This document shows, in pieces, positions 26,890-30,977 of a stretch of DNA of 30,977 bases. The notes below the pieces were generated by a model. It had not been told where the DNA came from. It saw only the letters and a program-made list of their open reading frames with translations, and ran no database searches. Each line of letters begins with the position of its first letter. The stretch's first letter is position 1. The stretch is from a virus (lineage: Duplodnaviria > Caudoviricetes). Both the position numbers and the translations under genes were made by a program. The stretch lies in the IMG/VR virus record IMGVR_UViG_3300033402_000761, positions 1 through 30,977 of that record. One strand, given 5' to 3'.

Positions 26890-27358
26890 GTTTTCGCGCC
26901 TCCTCAAGTTCCGTTACAAACTCGGTCAAGGCCGATGTCTGCTCCTCCCGCCTATCTCCATATCTTTCCGGCATAAGATTCTTTATTGCGAAGATCACGG
27001 CTCTTGTATCGGGCGGAATATGTTTATGGACAGTTTTGACCATGACGGGCTTTTCGGTAATAACGGTCCTGCCGGTTCGCGGGTCAAGTTCTATGACTTT
27101 GCGCAATTCCTCGGTCTTTTCTTCATAGAAATAGCCTTCAACCCGTTTGAACAGGTTCTTCTCCGCGCACTTGGAACGAAAGTGGATGCGGCCGCGCTCG
27201 ATTGCCTCTCGAAGTTCGCTGCGCCGTTGAATCCATCTATCCAACGTGTCCCTGTGGACCCCCAAAGCCACGGAGATCTCTTCCATGGTATTGCCTTCCC
27301 GCGCCATTTTTGCAACCCGAGCAGGCATGTCCTTTTTGTATCTTGCAGGTCTGGCCAT
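26867..27358 (-). CDS. terS: Terminase small subunit (HTH)
   Basis: MARP..Y, HTH (EEISVALGVHRDTLDRW), LFKRVEGY, HIPPDTRAVIFAIKN; overlaps terL. Confidence 0.85.
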   Translation of the reverse strand: MARPARYKKDMPARVAKMAREGNTMEEISVALGVHRDTLDRWIQRRSELREAIERGRIHFRSKCAEKNLFKRVEGYFYEEKTEELRKVIELDPRTGRTVITEKPVMVKTVHKHIPPDTRAVIFAIKNLMPERYGDRREEQTSALTEFVTELEEARKRASCRQA

Positions 27359-27443
27359 TATTTCCTCGACAGGAAAAGCTATGGCTAAAAAAGATGCGTC
27401 CCGGGTGACAGAGACCCTGAGACTCCCTTCGCCTGCGGTGTCA

Positions 27444-27677
27444 TTATTCGTTTAATACGATTGCTGACTGGCACCATGCTCCCCCTTCGCTGATGCGGAT
27501 CTTGTGAGATCCATTTTCGGGATCCACGTATATTACCGGGTGGTAGTATTCTTCCGGCAGCAGGTTCCGTGACCTGTCCGAGACTGAGTGGAAGAAACAT
27601 TTCGTGTCGGGATTGTATGCGGAGAGCTTCCGCCCGCATATCCTGCAAATTCCTTGATGTGTGTTTTGATTGACCAT
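27444..27677 (-). CDS. Small zinc-finger protein, possible regulator
   Basis: CRICGRKLSAYNPDTKCFFH (C2CH pattern); first co-oriented ORF ahead of terS. Confidence 0.6.
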   Translation of the reverse strand: MVNQNTHQGICRICGRKLSAYNPDTKCFFHSVSDRSRNLLPEEYYHPVIYVDPENGSHKIRISEGGAWCQSAIVLNE

Positions 27678-27726
27678 CCATTCGCCCTTTCCAGTTCACA
27701 CATACTATGCTGGGATTTTCTTTGCC

Positions 27727-27786
27727 AAACGGCAATAGAAGCGGCAATAGAAACGGAAATAGAAGAGGCATTAGAAGCGGCAAAAT
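27727..27786. repeat. Five 12-bp direct repeats (consensus AARCGGCAATAG)
   Basis: aaacggcaatag aagcggcaatag aaacggaaatag aagaggcattag aagcggcaaaat. Confidence 0.9.
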
Positions 27787-27953
27787 GCATGCTGCGAAAA
27801 ATTTTTCCGGGATCTTCGAATGTGCTGATTTGGTCATGTGGGTTGTGAGGGCCTTTTTTCGGTTTTCTTGTGTTTTAACTCTGTGGGAATACGCACAATC
27901 GAACAGTCATCACCTCCTTGGAATTTGTTGAAGATGTCCATTTTTCTGGAGGA

Positions 27954-28187
27954 TCATTTCAGCTTTTCGTGCACTGAGATGTTCTTCCAATCGAAAGGGA
28001 AATTGTTTTGCCTCGATAATCTGAGATGGCCAGGATGCGAAGGGCCAGGGATGAAATTAGCGTTTGGCCCCCCCCAGGAGCGCACTTCTTTCAATGGCCC
28101 GTCTTTGCGGTATGTCTGAATTGAATGCTCCTGCTCGATTTTGACCACGATGTCGTCCGGCAAACCGGCGGTTGCTAAAACCCTCAT
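27954..28187 (-). CDS. Hypothetical protein
   Basis: 77 aa, AAGGA upstream; no recognisable motif. Confidence 0.4.
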   Translation of the reverse strand: MRVLATAGLPDDIVVKIEQEHSIQTYRKDGPLKEVRSWGGPNANFIPGPSHPGHLRLSRQNNFPFDWKNISVHEKLK

Positions 28188-28395
28188 CTCATAGTCCTTT
28201 TACAATAGGGGATATCCCATCGATGCGAATCATTATGACCAAACTTATGAATTCAGATGTAACCGTTGTGCAACCATTCTGTTGTATAAAAATTTGCTCA
28301 GCACTTACCGTATGTTCGAGCCCATCGTGATGTTCGTGAAACTGTTATTGACAAACCGCCAGGGACATCAGCCGGTGCGCAGCTTCTGAAAAGGA

Positions 28396-28662
28396 TTGTG
28401 CATGACAAGTGAGGTCGGATGGGTTTGGCAGGAAAGGCAAACCAGGGATTGGTTTTGGATGGAAAGAAAAGGCGAGAAATACTTTTCTTCATCCTGTTGG
28501 ATCACATGCGTTGATGCCGTTCGCATATTTCAGGGAAAGAAGCGAGCACCGGAAACCAGCATTGAGGTGGAAGATATCAACCGTTTTCAGCCTGTCTCGG
28601 CAGATATCATTGAAATGCTGACAAAAGCCGTGAGTGAATCAGGAGTTTGGGGCGTTCTGTAA
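28396..28662 (+). CDS. Hypothetical protein
   Basis: 88 aa, AAGGA upstream. Confidence 0.4.
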   Translation: MCMTSEVGWVWQERQTRDWFWMERKGEKYFSSSCWITCVDAVRIFQGKKRAPETSIEVEDINRFQPVSADIIEMLTKAVSESGVWGVL

Positions 28663-28801
28663 TCGAAAATGTTGTCGTAATTCCACAAATTCTTCATACT
28701 CTCACCACAATTCATATTTATTCAATAAAATGTGATTATGCATCCGAGGGCATACACTGTTTGGCCACTTGCCCAATTCAAATAGGAATAGGAAAAGGTC
28801 C

Positions 28802-28984
28802 ATGGCTGCCGATAGAAAAATTTGCCCGTTTTGCCAGGAACGAGATTTTTCGCGGGTCCATCGTAAAATTTGGATGAGGCTTATTCCCTTTAGCCGATTG
28901 TATCAATGTAACATGTGCTTGCAGACCTACTTCGTGATTTCTTTAAAAAACGTTGAAAATAAGGAAAGCCATACTCGAAAATGA
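28802..28984 (+). CDS. Small zinc-ribbon protein
   Basis: MAADRKICPFC...RVHRKIWMRLIPFSRLYQCNMC; AGGA/AAGG upstream. Confidence 0.6.
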   Translation: MAADRKICPFCQERDFSRVHRKIWMRLIPFSRLYQCNMCLQTYFVISLKNVENKESHTRK

Positions 28985-29382
28985 AGAGGGTTCCCAAAAG
29001 GAATCGGGTTCCCAGAGCTATATGGACGGGGATTTGTTCTTTATGGAGAACCCTTTCGGTCTGAGTTTGAAGATGTCGATACAAGTGCGGCTTGGGACGT
29101 CTATTGGAACAGCTCCAGGCAGGCGGACGAAAGGCGCGACTCGTCCTCCTTGGATGAGAAGGGCGTTGAGAGCTGGATCAGGACCCACGTGCCGGCATTT
29201 GAATGGATCATGCGATCCAGGAACGAGTGCCCATCACCCGGCTGAAGTATGATGCGGTCCAGTGCCGTCCATCCCTGTAAAAGTGATAGACCAGTCGGCG
29301 TTCGACGACTTTGCGGACCACCATGCGCCGCACGTCGCAGGCACGACCGTTCCGGCCACGGAGTGTTTGCGGTGACTCTTCT

Positions 29383-29574
29383 TCAATTACCCATCCCTGG
29401 GTCACATAGCAAATTTGCGGCGGGTGGATGGACCCTCTCCGGCTGGACCATATTGCCTTGATTGTTGTTATTCTGCCCCGGAGAGCTGGAATTTTGCCCG
29501 ACAGCAACGCTCACCAGGGATAAACTAAGGAGCAGAATAAGACACTCAGTTATCCATAAACCGGTCTTTTTCAT
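29383..29574 (-). CDS. Short ORF with signal peptide (possibly frameshifted)
   Basis: MKKTGLWITECLILLLSLSLVSVAVG then a stop after 63 aa; an overlapping frame stays open to 29208. Confidence 0.35.
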   Translation of the reverse strand: MKKTGLWITECLILLLSLSLVSVAVGQNSSSPGQNNNNQGNMVQPERVHPPAANLLCDPGMGN

Positions 29575-29945
29575 TGCGCAACATCCGTTCTCATCTATAT
29601 CTGTAAGCATGTTAGTTGTAAGTAGAGAATCATTATATGTCAATATGGTTTCTTTCGAAGTATAGTTCATTTCGGAGCTGTGCTTCCCGGGCACTATCGT
29701 TTTTCCGGCTGCGCCTCGAACTTTAATGAACAGAAAGCGCCTTGCAAGACGAATCCACTACCGAAGATGCGATCTGTCATCCCTGCGGTGCTGTATTGGC
29801 ATAGTTTTTCTCGAAACAAAGCCGGATATTGAGCAGCTAACCGTGCGTGTTGAGCTTGAAGAAGGAGACCTTACGCCCCACTTGCATTCGTGAGCAGTCA
29901 TTTCTACACTATATTAACGAATGACTGCATATTTAGGAGGTCGAA

Positions 29946-30107
29946 ATGGTTGAACCGAAGAAAGATATCGGTTGTATCGAGGAAACCGTTACATATCCGG
30001 AAGGCCATGAGTATTGTGTGGATGTATATTGTTTCAAGTGCATCGGTGGAGAATGGGAGATGAATCCCTCGATAGGTTCTTCAATGGATCCGTCGGAGAT
30101 TTGGTGA
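29946..30107 (+). CDS. Small Cys-containing protein (not in the ORF track)
   Basis: TAGGAGG RBS; 53 aa MVEPKKDIGCIEETVTYPEGHEYCVDVYCFKCIGGEW... Confidence 0.65.
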   Translation: MVEPKKDIGCIEETVTYPEGHEYCVDVYCFKCIGGEWEMNPSIGSSMDPSEIW

Positions 30108-30662
30108 GAGATCCGGAACTAAGCGCTCACATTGGTTTCAAATAGCAGGAACGCAGGTTGTCGCGCGGTGTTTAGAGGCATCGCGTCTGACGTGACCCCA
30201 TGCTTTTTTGAGCGGCATTGTGAGTGCCGGATTGTCTCATGCCGAAAAGACTCCCCTTCCTCTCTTTTAGAGCTTTTGGCATTTAAACTTTTCATCTGTG
30301 GTGGGCCTTGGTTTTGGCCGTTTTCCCTTGACATTTGCCGAAAAATGTGGCTAGCTGGTCATGGTAGTTGATTGTAGCCTCAAAAACGGCAGTTATTCCA
30401 TGATGGCCTTCGTATTGTTCGATTTTGGCGTCCCGAATTGTTTAAAATAGACTCCCGCTCAAATCTCATCCGAAATCCATTTGCCCCGGTTTTTTTCAGT
30501 TAATGCGCGTTATCACCCTTCATGTATTGTACAACCCCGATACGGGGGCCAAGGGGTTCTGTGCATATATTGACCGAAGGATTGCGCGAGCCCGATTATT
30601 TCGGATCCTGAGATCCCTGGGTACAACCCACGCCTGCAACAACAAACTGAAAGGAGGGCGTC

Positions 30663-30977
30663 ATGAAAGCGGCAATGGTTTTTACGGGGAGTGGCCCTAT
30701 ATTGATTCTCACTTCCTTCGATTCGCTCGAACATCCCGCCCTTTCGGGGAAGCTGGGAGCAAGAGGTATCAGCAGATACATCGCTTATGAAGTGTCAGTG
30801 GAAAAAGTCAAAAAACTCTACGGAGCACGTTTTTCGATAATACTTGGAGATCTGTCACAAACGGATGACCTGCGGGTAATGGACATCGATGGCCATCACG
30901 TTTTTAACAGCTTTACATTTGAAGAGCTGGAACCGCCCATATATCATCCACCCAGGGCGAAAACCGCGAGGGCCTGA
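30663..30977 (+). CDS. Conserved hypothetical cytosolic protein, host-like
   Basis: AGGAGG RBS; MKAAMVFTGSGPILILTS...DLRVMDIDGHHVF resembles a small bacterial family I associate with deltaproteobacteria (from memory, not searched). Confidence 0.75.
   Translation: MKAAMVFTGSGPILILTSFDSLEHPALSGKLGARGISRYIAYEVSVEKVKKLYGARFSIILGDLSQTDDLRVMDIDGHHVFNSFTFEELEPPIYHPPRAKTARA

Noticed and set aside
27727-27786. CRISPR array
   Set aside because: Units are 12 bp, contiguous and without spacers, and there are no cas genes. The heptamer tracts also lack spacers.
27385-27848. ORFs running through the 12-bp repeat (27385..27837 minus; 27588..27848 plus)
   Set aside because: They stay open mainly because the 12-bp period preserves frame, giving low-complexity peptides, and they overlap the zinc-finger ORF. 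Not fully excluded.
27800-30660. tRNA or att site at the right prophage boundary
   Set aside because: No cloverleaf, T-loop motif or matching direct repeat could be identified by eye.

Overview
About 27.4 kb (1-27358) is one leftward (minus-strand) morphogenesis operon of a temperate podovirus-type prophage, similar in gene content to Bordetella phage BPP-1 with a T7-like tail. In transcription order it encodes: small and large terminase, portal, Bbp19-like protein, HNH nuclease, scaffold, major capsid, Bbp16-like cement protein, a lysis block (GH108 endolysin, holin-like proteins, lipoproteins), many small accessory ORFs, tail tubular protein A, a beta-helix tailspike, an expanded tail tubular protein B, a gp13-like acetyltransferase and three internal virion (ejection) proteins. 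One of these has a lytic transglycosylase domain. The last one is split by an in-frame TAA and carries a nested ORF with its own strong Shine-Dalgarno. The right 3.5 kb is more AT-rich and holds small, host-like ORFs, with no recognisable integrase, repressor or replication gene. The most unusual non-coding signal is a recurring set of 7-nt tandem repeats and 8-9-nt CTTCGCG/CTCTGCG repeats at gene junctions of the late operon, plus a 5 x 12-bp direct repeat upstream of the whole module. All product calls come from motif recognition and gene order by eye; no database searches were run.
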